A DNA stretch of 63,966 nt, filler included, from Octopus bimaculoides (lineage: Eukaryota), in assembly GCF_001194135.2 (NCBI RefSeq). It is 4 parts of 4 records of this genome, joined end to end, with 100 filler letters (N's around TTAATTAATTAA, not from the genome) between each part and the next. Parts side by side here need not be neighbours in the genome. Positions count along the whole stretch, not along the records: positions 31,484 to 62,633 come from NC_068996.1; 3 more parts are not named here. One strand, given 5' to 3'. The notes under the pieces were generated by a model. It saw only the letters and a list, made by a program, of their open reading frames with translations, had not been told where the DNA came from and ran no database searches. The translations under genes and the position numbers were made by a program. Positions 41,981-54,140 of this stretch are shown here, one piece after another; position 1 is the first letter of the stretch, and every line of letters starts with the position of its first letter.

Positions 41981-42838
41981 CAAGGTGTGGTGAATAAACA
42001 GTTGTCGGAATTATACAAAAATGAAAACAACACAGACATCTCATTTTAACAGATTTATTTTCCAAAATTACATGAAAATATCTCGAAATACTAAAGAGTA
42101 AATTTATTCAATAAAATCGTCATTGGCTTCAACCATGGCCTCCAGATGACTTTGGAATCTCCTGCAACTCTTCTGGTTGGTCTCCTTGATGAATGCTGCC
42201 ATAATCCTTGCCTTCAGTTCGTCTTTGGTGTTACAAGGAGTTTTGTTGGTCTCTTACTCAACTGCACCCCACATATAATAATAAAGGGGGTTACAGTCCA
42301 GGAGGTGGCCAGATGTTACAGGTGATGTAGTTTCCGAAATTGTCTGACAGCCATGACTGGGTTCTCCTATTTGTGTGGCATTGTGCAGAGTCCTGTTGCC
42401 AGACATAGAGTCTTCCAGAAGCAATCCTCTTGATCCAGGGCAGCACTATCTCCTCCAGGCACTTGATGTAGACCTCAGTGTTGAGTCTGAGGCTGTGTGG
42501 GAAGATGAATGGAGGCATAACATTACCATCACTAGTGATCACTCCAAACACCATGATGTTCACTGAATGTTTGACTTTTATCACTCTCGGGCCATGTCCT
42601 CAGATTGACACTCAAATACTCTGAAATGTTCGTATTGGAGCTTCTGGCTTGAATGCCAGGTATTACAGCATATTGTTTCCAAATTTCAGGCAGAGTGAAT
42701 TGCATCATGGTACTGTTTTTCTCACAGATGGTATCCAACTGACCCTACTTACTGTGTAGTCAACAAAATCAAAGACAAACAATGCACATGTGCGAAATTA
42801 AAAACATAAAACGTTGCCGATTTACCCATTGCACCTTG
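41981..42838 (-). mobile_element. Internally deleted Tc1/mariner (IS630-Tc1 superfamily) element, TA-flanked
   Basis: TA|CAAGGTG...CACCTTG|TA ends. Minus-strand ORF has IMVFGVITSDG...VWQQDSAQCH...WPP, followed by CNPL.Y.WG-like sequence. Confidence 0.88.
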
Positions 42839-42842
42839 TATG

Positions 42843-42879
<37 letters not shown>

Positions 42880-43139
42880 NNNNNNNNNNNNNNCTTTTAA
42901 AAATTAGAAAATAGAGGAAATTACCATTTTCAAATCTCACAACGTGAGATATTCAGCAACAGTGCTTTGCAGTAAAGATTGTTTGCCAACATAACATGGC
43001 AACATTAGTCCTAAACCAGCAACATTAGTCCTAAACCAGGACTGCCATGTTATGTTGGCAAACAATCTTTACTACAAGAAAATAGAGATAATTAAATTAA
43101 TATTATCCCTTAATGAGGTTTTTAACCTTTAAGTGAACT

Positions 43140-43170
<31 letters not shown>

Positions 43171-43214
43171 ATATATAGGCACAGGAGTGGGTGTGTGGTA
43201 AGAAGCTTGCTTCC

Positions 43215-44571
43215 AGTTACTGTGCATGCTTGATTCAATTGCTGGTTTGTGTTTTTGAGAGTCGGACAGGATTTTTGTGCTGCTTGGCAGCCCTTGTGGA
43301 AATGTATTCAGACGTTAGCGGACCTGAATTTTCTTCATCGGAGGAAGAGCTGGTGCAGGCGGTGATAAAAATGGACAGAATGTTAGAGAAAACAAAAAGT
43401 TTTTCTGAGGTGGCGGAGGTAAAGAAGAAGGATGTAGACCTGGCTGAACTAAAGGAATATGGAAAAATGATGCAGAAGGTGGGTGGCGACGTGAAGTTGT
43501 CGCCCCCTAAAAGAATCATGGAGCAAATGGAGAGGAAAACTATCACCTATAAGGTATACCCGTTAAAGAGTAAGAAAGCTGAACAGATGGAGGCAGAAAT
43601 AGAAAAAGCGCTGAGGAAGCAAACAAACCAAATGGTGTACATGACCAAGGGACGGAGATACGGAACAGTGGTCGTCCAGTTTAGGACAGTGGAGGAGGCG
43701 AGGAGGATGGCGAATGTTGTGGCAAGGACGGAAGAGGTGGTGCTTCTCCCCACATATCTTGGAAGAAGGACTTCCAAGGTAAGGGTGGAAGCAATCCCAC
43801 CTGATATTGAAGTGAGAAGGTGGCTGTCCTCCAAGCCACGGAAACGGAAGGAGGATGGAGAGGGAAATCACTGGATCTCATCCTGCAGGCGGATGAGAAG
43901 CAGATAGAAAGTTTGGCGGAGACCATGACGTTGGGAGAAATTGTGTTGAGAGTGTGGGTGGAGGGCAGAATCCCACGTTGTTTTAAATGTGGCCAAAAGG
44001 GCCACATTAGAGCACACTGCCCTCTACAGAAGAAAGGAATAGATGAAGTAGCAGACGAACCAGTTGTGGAGACGGAGGACAAAAGAGAGGNNNNNNNNNN
44101 NNNNNNNNNNNNNNNNNNNNNNNNNNNNNNNNNNNNNNNNNNNNNNNNNNNNNNNNNNNNNNNNNNNNNNNNNNNNNNNNNNNNNNNNNNNNNNNNNNNN
44201 NNNNNNNNNNNNNNNNNNNNNNNNNNNNNNNNNNNNNNNNNNNNNNNNNNNNNNNNNNNNNNNNNNNNNNNNNNNNNNNNNNNNNNNNNNNNNNNNNNNN
44301 NNNNNNNNNNNNNNNNNNNNNNNNNNNNNNNNNNNNNNNNNNNNNNNNNNNNNNNNNNNNNNNNNNNNNNNNNNNNNNNNNNCACACTCTTCATATTTCC
44401 ATTTTCAGATATCATTCATGTTATCATATTTTTTAATTTGTTATTCACGTGCATTTTCATGTATCATTCATTATATCATAATTTATTTTTATATTTTTAA
44501 TTGTTCTATGTCCCCACATGTGTTGTAGTGTCCCCTCTGTGTACTGCCCATGTGGCAAATTTTATGAAATA
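43215..44571 (+). mobile_element. Short retroelement encoding a gag-like ORF1 (element E1), 15-bp TSD
   Basis: TSD aagaagcttgcttcc at 43200-43214 and 44572-44586. T-rich 3' UTR ends in gaaataaa. Contains a 292-N gap. Confidence 0.8.
43302..44090 (+). pseudogene. LINE ORF1/gag-like protein with RRM-like segment and CCHC zinc knuckle; one frameshift near 43820
   Basis: YGTVVVQFRTVEEA, VLLPTYLGRRTSKVRV, LRVWVEGRIPRCFKCGQKGHIRAHCP (CX2CX4HX4C). Confidence 0.8.
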
Positions 44572-44955
44572 AAGAAGCTTGCTTCCCAACCACATGGTTC
44601 TGGATTCAGTCCCACTGTGTAGCACCTTGGCCAAGTGTCTTCTACTATAGCCTCAAGCCAACCAAAGCCTTGTGAGTGAATTTGGCAGACAGAAACTGAA
44701 AGAAGCCCATCGTATATATGTATATATATGTATGCATGTGTTTGTTATCTGGTCTGTATTTGTTCCACCCCATCACTTGACAACTGATGCTGGTGTGTTT
44801 ACATCCCCGTCACTTAGTGGTTTGACAAAAGAGTCCGACAGAATAAGTACTAGGTTTACAAAGAATATTTCTGGGGTCGATTTGCTCAACTAAAGGTGTG
44901 CTCCAGCATGGCTGCAGTCAAATGATTGAAACAAGTTAAAAAATAAAAGAATATA

Positions 44956-45005
<50 letters not shown>

Positions 45006-45099
45006 AATAAGCACATAAATGCAAAGCAAGGCAGAGAAAATTGGAAAATTGAACTCAAAATACCTAGCAGCTTTAATAAAAGTATATATATTTATATAT

Positions 45100-46846
45100 T
45101 TGTTGAAGGTCTCCCTGTGTAGGTGAACCAGGATTTGTTAAATTGTTTTAATTTTTGTTGCTGTTTTTGCCTGTTTTTTGGGGGGCAATTGTTTCTTCCC
45201 CATTTATGGGAGAAGTGGAGAAAAGAGGAGAGATGGAGCTTGTCGCAAGTTATGCATCTGCAACAACACAAAGTATTAATACCAATACCCTTGAAGTACA
45301 CGAGATAAAGATAAAGCTGAAGAAATGGAAGGAAGGAAGCAAATTGTCAGAAAGGGAAGTGGCCAGTTTGAAGCTGACCCCACCGGAAGAATTGATGAAC
45401 AATGTCTATAGGCCATTTTGATAAGGTAGTTATCCACCTCTATGAAAAAGATAGAGATTACCTCAATAGAGGCAATAGAGGAATGTCTTGGAGACATAAA
45501 AAGACTGACCATGTTTTACATGCAAAGAAGGAAGTATGGCACAGTGGAGGTTAGGTTCGCCAATGAGGAAGACGCCGTAAAGCACTCCACTGTACCGATA
45601 AGGACACAAGAATGGGTACTGCTGCCGACTTACTGTGGCAAACATGTCACCAGAGTAAGAATCGGCAGGGTACCCCACAGGATTAAGGAAGCATGGCTGG
45701 TAGCAGCGGTCATGCATGGAATAGAAGACGAGGCAAACATTTTTAAAATAACCAGAACGTTAAAAGTGAATTGTTGGGGTTATGGCTTCAAGAGGGCAAT
45801 TCAAGTAGGACTAAAAGACTGGCATGGAATTGTAGAAGAGATTATTCTGCCAGAGGACATTAAGCTGAGAGTGGTGGTGGAGGGCAGACCACCAACATGT
45901 TTCTTATGTGGACAAAAAGGTCACATGAGAGCAAGGTGCCCCCAGCAAGAAAACAAAGAGGAGGAACAACAATGCGAAGGACAAACTGCTGAAGTGGCAT
46001 TACCGGAAGCAGAGAAAAACAAAGAGGAGCCATTTACTGTTGTGAATAGGAGGAAGAGAAAAGAGTGAGTGAGCTCGCCACCAGAGAGCCAGAAAAGGAT
46101 GAAAGAAATAGAGAAGGAGGTGCCAAGGAGCTGGTTAGATGCACCAACAGTGGCAACAACAATGGAAGGTGATGTGGAGGCAGAAGAAGCATTGCGGCAC
46201 ATAGTGGAAACATAAACGTGGAAGATTTTTTCAGTGTACCAATGGAGGAACCAGGAAAAACGACTCACTCAGATGGCTCAGGTCCATCACAAAAACAAGC
46301 AAATGCTAAAAAGAAAAAGTAGCACATAGTCACATACGCGAAAAGCACCACTATCGAGCGGAAGATAACGAAGTTAAAATCAGTCACAAGAATTAGATTA
46401 CCATTAGAAAAATACCCAGAACACATCAAGGGAATAGTGATTGACAAAGAGAGGTATAGCAGACTAAAAGAACTATTTGGAAATGATGTAAATCGTTTGG
46501 GGGAAGCAATAGAATTTGAAAAACTACCATCAGTAGTCAAGCATGAGGATTTAATACCCTTGATGAACTTTCATAGAGGAGTCATTTAAAAAAAAAAAAG
46601 AAATAGACTTATTAAAAATAGGAAAAAAAAAGATGAAAAAAGGAAAAAGAAAGACTTTTGAAAAATTGTATAAATTAACTGTTTAGTGGTACTGTTTGAG
46701 AGTGGGGCTCAATGCAGCCATTTCATCATTTATTTTTATGATTTTTATATACATCTTTTCATATTTCATTCATTTTTATGTTTTTTGTCCCCACTGTGGT
46801 GTTCTGTCTGTCCCCTCTGTGTTATGGCCGTAGTGACAAATAAAGA
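45100..46846 (+). mobile_element. Second ORF1-only element (E2), gap-free, ~1.75 kb, no RT or endonuclease
   Basis: ORF1 homologous to E1, then A-rich and T-rich UTR and the same tgtcccctctgtgt...aataaa terminus. No TSD found; the 5' boundary is approximate. Confidence 0.7.
45206..46588 (+). pseudogene. Frameshifted ORF1/gag-like protein with CCHC knuckle and a possible C-terminal extension
   Basis: SYASAT, YGTVEVRFANEEDA, VLLPTYCGKHVTRVRI, LRVVVEGRPPTCFLCGQKGHMRARCP. A later frame at ~46325-46588 reads ...RLPLEKYPEHIKGIVIDKERY...FHRGVI*. Confidence 0.75.
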
Positions 46847-48332
46847 CATCAATTAGTGTCATAATACATTTTAGCCTTTAACATCATATGCCCAAAGAAA
46901 ATGGTCTGATCAAACATTCGATTTTTATTAAATTATTTAACACACCATTTCTTTTAAAGTTTAAACATTGGGATTCTATTGACTCTGATGAGAGAAATAT
47001 AGAATATTGCTATGGTTGGAGTTAGCTCATCCATAGTAACCTATATCCTTTCAAAATGGCCAAAAAACTTTATACATAGACTTTATACATGTTTCAGACT
47101 CTTTATGAATCATTTTACATCCGCTTTATGAGCCTCTTCGTTGATTCAAATTCGAACATTTGGACTTTGCAAGTACATTTATGGACTTGTAGTTTTATAT
47201 ATTTATATTTATGAATTTTTATATGTTTATAAATTTATATATGTCTATGAATTTTTATATATTTATAAATTTCCGTATATATGTATGTATTTATAAATTC
47301 TTAGAAATTTTTTTATATATCATATAGATGAATGTTTCTATGTAAGCATTTTGTATACCATGGAGAATTTCATTAATATGGATTGAATGAATATATACAT
47401 CGACCTTTGAATCTATTCTCTCTCCTCCTTAATTTTATATTCCTGAAGCTCTATCAGAGTGCTAATCGGTTGAGCTGTATAAAGTGGATATCTATATCAC
47501 TTATTTCTTCATTATATATATATATATATATNNNNNNNNNNNNNNNNNNNNNNNNNNNNNNNNNNNNNNNNNNNNNNNNNNNNNNNNNNNNNNNNNNNNN
47601 NNNNNNNNNNNNNNNNNNNNNNNNNNNNNNNNNNNNNNNNNNNNNNNNNNNNNNNNNNNNNNNNNNNNNNNNNNNNNNNNNNNNNNNNNNNNNNNNNNNN
47701 NNNNNNNNNNNNNNNNNNNNNNNNNNNNNNNNNNNNNNNNNNNNNNNNNNNNNNNNNNNNNNNNNNNNNNNNNNNNNNNNNNNNNNNNNNNNNNNNNNNN
47801 NNNNNNNNNNNNNNNNNNNNNNNNNNNNNNNNNNNNNNNNNNNNNNNNNNNNNNNNNNNNNNNNNNNNNNNNNNNNNNNNNNNNNNNNNNNNNNNNNNNN
47901 NNNNNNNNNNNNNNNNNNNNNNNNNNNNNNNNNNNNNNNNNNNNNNNNNNNNNNNNNNNNNNNNNNNNNNNNNNNNNNNNNNNNNNNNNNNNNNNNNNNN
48001 NNNNNNNNNNNNNNNNNNNNNNNNNNNNNNNNNNNNNNNNNNNNNNNNNNNNNNNNNNNNNNNNNNNNNNNNNNNNNNNNNNNNNNNNNNNNNNNNNNNN
48101 NNNNNNNNNNNNNNNNNNNNNNNNNNNNNNNNNNNNNNNNNNNNNNNNNNNNNNNNNNNNNNNNNNNNNNNNNNNNNNNNNNNNNNNNNNNNNNNNNNNN
48201 NNNNNNNNNNNNNNNNNNNNNNNNNNNNNNNNNNNNNNNNNNNNNNNNNNNNNNNNNNNNNNNNNNNNNNNNNNNNNNNNNNNNNNNNNNNNNNNNNNNN
48301 NNNNNNNNNNNNNNNNNNNNNNNNNNNNNNNN

Positions 48333-48369
<37 letters not shown>

Positions 48370-50039
48370 CATAATATATATATACACACATACACATACA
48401 CATATATGCAATCATACACACACACACACACACACACACACATATGAACACTGGCCTCTTTGGTAAGTGTTACTCTCAGAATAAAGGTTGCAAGTTTGAA
48501 TCCGATGGTATACACCCAGGAACAAGTTATATGATGATAACTGCAAGTGAAACCAATAAAAAAAATAGGGAAGATATAAATATGAATTAGTAAATTATAC
48601 CACATTATAGGACCTACTTACAGCTAAACTGTTAAAAGTTAGGCAATGTGGTCACAGATATAATACAGTGAACTCTACTAGACTGTGGGTCCTACTCAGA
48701 TAGTGGACTGTTGACAGTTAAGTGTGTTGGTCATGGACACAGTATAGTGAGCTATACCACATTGTGGCACCTACTTACAGCTAGCTAGACTGGGCTGTTG
48801 ATATTTAAATATCTTGGCCATAGATACAATGCAATGCTCGTGACTAGATATGAACTAGTCAGGTCTCTAAACTGTTTTAACTGAGTCTTTCCTCTTCTAT
48901 GGGATGTAGCTTATACTCAGTAAAATTCAGCAATACATAATGCCCACTTAATTTTACTATTTCGGAAAATACGAATAATTCTGTCTGTCTGCTATCCTCT
49001 CTCTCTCTCTCTCTCTTCATTTATATAATACAGAATATGTGACAATGTTAAATTAAGAGGGCTATAATTAGGTCAATTGACAGTTGATATAAAAGAATAT
49101 ATGATGGAGAGAAATAGAAGGTGATACTAGGGGAGATTATGGAGGGGAAGAGATGTTGCTGTATCTGTCTATTAGCCATTTGTTATTTTTCTATCTACAA
49201 ATCTATTAATTTATCAGTCAATCAATCTATCTATAAATCGATCATCCGACTCAAAAGTAGAACATGAACTGTTAGCAGATACAGGAGACCTGCAATTTGC
49301 AGCAATGAAAAGACTGATTGATTGATAGACAAGATATCAGAAAGAAAACGCGTTGCTAAACAAAGTGATAGGGGGGAGAGAGAGATGGGAGAGATAGATA
49401 GATAAAGTGATATATTTATATTATTATATATAAAGGTACTAAAAAATAGACTGAATGAGACAGAGATAAGTGAAAGAAGCAGTATGAAAATGGAGAAAGG
49501 AAGACAGGTATTTGTTAAAATCTGTCTAAATTTCATTCAAGATTTTGAGCGTAGTGAAGTGAAGGAAGAGAAGATATATTATTTTGATATCGACACCCGA
49601 AATGCAGAACTCAGTGAAATAGAAAAACATTACAAAAACATCGGTTCGAAAGCCCGCCAGTTACAAGATATAGCCGTCATCTGTCTGTCTGTCTGTCTGT
49701 CTGCCTGCCTGCCTTCCTCCCTACCTACCTACCTGCTTGTCTACCTGTCTGTCTGTTTGACAGTCTTTCGGTACTAGAAGACGGCGTCAATCCACCCAAA
49801 CACATTCCCTTATAACAAAGATAAAGAAACTAGGTTGGAAAAAAAAAAAAAAAGGAGGGGATGAGGTGAATGACGGTGTCTGCTAATACCTAAAGATTGC
49901 CAACACATATACACTTATTTTGACATAAATATATACTTACCTGAACACACCTACATAATCTACCTAATGATGTATGTGCGTGCGGTTATGTGTGTGTGTT
50001 TTTCTTTTTTATTGGCAGACAAAAACAGTTTTAAATGTT

Positions 50040-50205
50040 GGCACGAGGCCCAGCAATTTTAAGAGAAGGAAGGGGTTAACACCATCGTCCCAGTACTTGA
50101 CTGGTACTTTATTTTATCAGCTCCGGTGGGGATGAAAAATAAAGTAGACATCGGTGGTGGGATTTGAACTCAGACTAAAGTCGGAAGAAATACTCTAAAG
50201 TACTT
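50040..50205 (-). mobile_element. SINE family A, 5'-degraded
   Basis: ccagtacttgactggtacttt...ggatgaaaaataaagtagac...gatttgaactcaga is the reverse complement of the family A body. Confidence 0.65.
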
Positions 50206-51117
50206 TTTGTTGTTTCTCCCCTCCCCCGATACTACAGTTTGTACCAAATTACACTCACCTACACACCCATTCATATATATTTTATCCACAATCGTTAATC
50301 TGACGAAATATATTTTGTCAGATTAGCGATTATGGATTGAATACTTATTCACTCCAGATTTATCTTTTAGTTCTTTATTCTATATGGCAGGGCATTGTTT
50401 CCTTTGAATTTGTCGCTACCTGAAATATACATATAATCCAAATAAGACAAAGAAATACTTTAACACATATTTTACTCTTTGTTGAACCCTCACAACGGAT
50501 TTATCGTCGTGAAATGAAGATTTTTTTACACCTGGAGAATGTTGGTATTTGTCTGGAATCCAGAGTGTTGATGGCCTAGTACTCGGGTTGAGTACCTCAT
50601 TGGAAATAACATGTCTTTATACCCTACCAGGTCTTATATATTTGTGTGTGTATGGGTATGGGAGTGTGCACGCATGTTTATGTACACACACACCACACCA
50701 CAACACCTATAAAAATTTCAGCGTAGCCCTAATCCTTAAACACCAGGTGTGCATATTCTTTACCTTCACCAGCGTTGTAGGCCACTGGGTAAATCAATGC
50801 ACTGGGCCCTATAGTTTAAATTTATTAACACCAAATCACGGCATACATAAATCAGAATTGGACCCCTAGACCTTGTGAGACCCCCTGGGCAATTGTCCAA
50901 TGGGCCATACCTTAAGACAGTGCTGGATGGGGCTCTCCAAGGAGTTAATGAGTCCAGGTTTGATTTACCGTTGTAGCTATATGTATTACTATTTAAATGA
51001 ATTTGTGTTCTTGTCTCTTGTAATTCTATTTTCGTTTAGGATGCTTCAGAGCGTAACAAGTAACTCGTCATAGAATCTCTGTTTTTAATTGCTTTCAATC
51101 AGAAGGAAAGAAGGGTC

Positions 51118-51330
51118 GGTACTACTAAAGCAGCGCGGACCCGAACGCGCAGTCGCGCGTCCGCGCTAGCTAGTCTTGAGTGGTCGATCCTAACCCTAAC
51201 CCTATCCCTAACCCTAACCCGCGTGTGCAAATGAATACGTGTTTAGGGTTAGGGTTAGGATCGACCACTCACGACTAGCTAGCGCGGACGCGCGACTGCG
51301 CGTTCGGGTCCGCGCTGCTTTAGTAGTACC
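51118..51330. mobile_element. 213-bp foldback MITE with internal telomeric repeats and a 9-bp TSD (Mutator-like by TSD length)
   Basis: agaagggtc at 51109-51117 and 51331-51339. ~73-bp GC-rich arms with one mismatch. (TAACCC)n inside the left arm and (TTAGGG)n inside the right arm. Confidence 0.88.
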
Positions 51331-52053
51331 AGAAGGGTCTATGCTCATGGCCTTCTCACGCCTTACAAGACTGGAGAAAATGATGCGATTAATGTAGTGG
51401 GGCAACGTAGGAAATGGGATTCAAATACGGCGGTCTTTCTATAATATACGTATCTACTTTATTATTGAAGGTATGTCATGTGTAGAGAAGTGGGTGGTGG
51501 TGGCCAATTTGGCAACCACACACGGCAGCCAAGACCTTTCCCACGACCCTGGTTTTAAGGTTCCTCTTGAAGAGCAGCAAGTCGACAGCTGAAGATAATA
51601 AATAAATAAACAAGTAAATGAATGTACAAGAAGGAAATTCCAGAGCTTCAGAAGAGCTGGCTGGAGTATAAAGGTTAATGCATTAATATGTGGTGGTGTG
51701 GACAATGTAAGTGACGGAACGGGAGTGTGTGTGTGTGTGTGTGTGTGTTGAGAGAGAGAGAGAGAGAGAAAGAAAGAAAGAAAGAAGAGTTGAGAGTATC
51801 TGAATAGCACGAGATACCCAGCTCTAACTGAGGAGCAAAGGCCAATCGATTTATAATCAGACGAAAAGGCAGAAAAAAAAAATAGGGTCGGAGGTTGAAG
51901 TGTGTCTGTAAGAAACTTCACCAAGATCTTCCGGGATCGAAGGAAATTGAACTTAAAATGTAAAGTGGTTGTAAATAAATATCACAAGACACGTTAGACG
52001 CTCCAACAATACTGCCAAATCCCCCGATGCCACCGCGCGCGGGCGCACGCACG

Positions 52054-52116
<63 letters not shown>

Positions 52117-53777
52117 TACAAAAGGAAAATACATCATTTTTCTACACACATGTAACGCAGAGGAAATGAAAAATCATCGATTTACTGAGCTTATTCTTGT
52201 AATTCTAAGATAAAACTGCATTTAGGGACGTTTAAAATCTCAAAATCCCAATCAAGGGAGCCAACTCCAATAGTTTTTGACAACAGTTTTTGACAACTAG
52301 TCTTTGACAACAGTTCGGTTTTCCTTTCCTCGGTGCCAATGCTCTTTACCTTCGGGTCAGCCCTTAAGGAGCAGGCCTCTTATCAAAAGCCTTCCATCTG
52401 TGGGCTCGCCTTTTTCTTATGTGCAAAGAACACCAGATCATAATAATTTTTCAACGTGCTCTCTTTGAAGACAGCAAAGCGCCTTGAGTTGAAAATTTGG
52501 CTGCTATTTCCAACATGTCGAGCGACCATGTAGAGGGACTGTAGCTGGCTTGTTTATGATTAAGATGTAAAATNNNNNNNNNNAAAAAAAAAAAAAAAAA
52601 AAAACTCCCTAAATTACCCTTATTTCCGAGCAACTGGTGCCCTTTGTTATTTTTTCTACCTATCATCTATAATCCCTTCACTTTTTTGTAGGGCCAAATT
52701 TATAATAAAGTGGCTTATTCAACCAGTGTGTGTGTGTTGATGCATGTATGTGTATGCGTATATGTGTATGCGAGTATGTGTATGCATATATGTGTGTGTG
52801 TATGCATGCATGTGTATGCATGTTTATGTGTGCATGTGTATGCATATATGTGTTTGTATATGTGTATGTGTATACATATGTGTTTGTATTGTGTATGCAT
52901 AGTTACGTATGTGTGTACGTATCAATGTGCATGCATGCATGAATGCATGTTTGCTTGTTCGTATGAGTGTATGCATAGGTGTGTATGTGTTGACATGTAT
53001 ATATGCATATATTTTACGTCAGAAACGATTATTATAAATTCATAAATTGAACACTAAGAAAATAGACATAAAAACAGAATAAAAGAAAAAATTGTTTTTT
53101 AATTAAAATAGAAATATACACACTGCATTCATTTATATGCACCACACCAGAGCAACCTGGTGTTCCCCTCCAAAAATTCCTTTAGTTATTTTCTATATTT
53201 ATCTTGTCTTAAAAAGAAATTCTAATTCCTTAACAGGAAAGAAATATACGCATATTTATTTTTCCTCCACCACCTTAAATATTTCTACCTAAACTTTCGT
53301 TATCAACAAAATTCCAGAAAATTGATCTATAAAATCAAGTTTATTATTGTAAGATCAACTGTATGATAGCCAGCAACTGTTGTCTTTTATAATTTTACTC
53401 TTCTTTCGCTTGTTTTTTCTAAGTGCATCTCTACCTCGTTTTCTGCGTTACCTGTTCCTATTACACTGTCTTTTCATTCTCTGATTTTAAGTCTAGCACG
53501 CTTTTCACTTTTATTTTGTTTCTTCTGTCCGTTTCTGTCTATTGGTGTTGATGGAAATCAACTGAAAACTGAAAATAGCCGGTTCCCTCAAAACAGAAGA
53601 AACATTTGTCAAGAACGAAAGAATGATAGAAGGAAGAAGAGAGACTGAAAAAGAGAAAGAGAGAGGGGGACTGTAGGAAAATGAGGAAGGGAAGAGAGAT
53701 AAAATAGAGGAAAATAGAAAAAGGAGAATGGGGTATACAGAAAGAGAACATGAACAGGAGTTGGGGGAATAGAGGGA

Positions 53778-53995
53778 GGGAGAGAGAGAATTAGTGAAAG
53801 TGTGGGGGAAAGAAAGAGAGAGAATTAGTGAAACTGAGGGGGAAAGAAAGAGAGAGAATTAGTGAAACTGAGGGGGAAAGAAAGANNNNNNNNNNTGAGG
53901 GGGAAAGAAAGAGAGAGAATTAGTGAAACTGAGGGGGAAAGAAAGAGAGAGAATTAGTGAAACTGAGGGGGAAAGAGACAGAGAGTTAGTGAAAA
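53778..53995 (+). repeat. 34-bp minisatellite (GAGAGAGAATTAGTGAAACTGAGGGGGAAAGAAA)n, at least 6 units, spanning a small gap
   Basis: Units are directly visible. Confidence 0.9.
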
Positions 53996-54140
53996 AGAAA
54001 GCGTCACCACCCAACATAGAGAGGCTATAAAGAGGCAGAGTCATTTACAGAGAAGAAAAAGAGAGGAAGGTTTCGAATCACTACTGCTGCTTCTGTTAGG
54101 GCTGCTACTACGAACTATACGTACTACTGCAATAGGAACG

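Larger units (their letters stand above)
43178..44945 (+). mobile_element. SINE family C split by an inserted element (head 43178-43214, body 44572-44945)
   Basis: The head stops at aagaagcttgcttcc and resumes with the same 15-mer at 44572, continuing caaccacatggttctgg as in the intact copy at 20523. Confidence 0.85.

Noticed and set aside
49935-49943. Perfect minus-strand donor CAG|GTAAGT as the first exon of a divergent gene
   Set aside because: A single 9-mer is expected by chance in 64 kb, and the adjacent sequence has no coding or promoter support.
51190-51260. Interstitial telomeric repeats as a relic of chromosome fusion
   Set aside because: The tracts are short, point outward rather than in the head-to-head fusion orientation, and sit inside a TSD-bounded TIR element.
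53778-53995. CRISPR-like array
   Set aside because: The units are contiguous with no unique spacers and the context is eukaryotic; this is a minisatellite.
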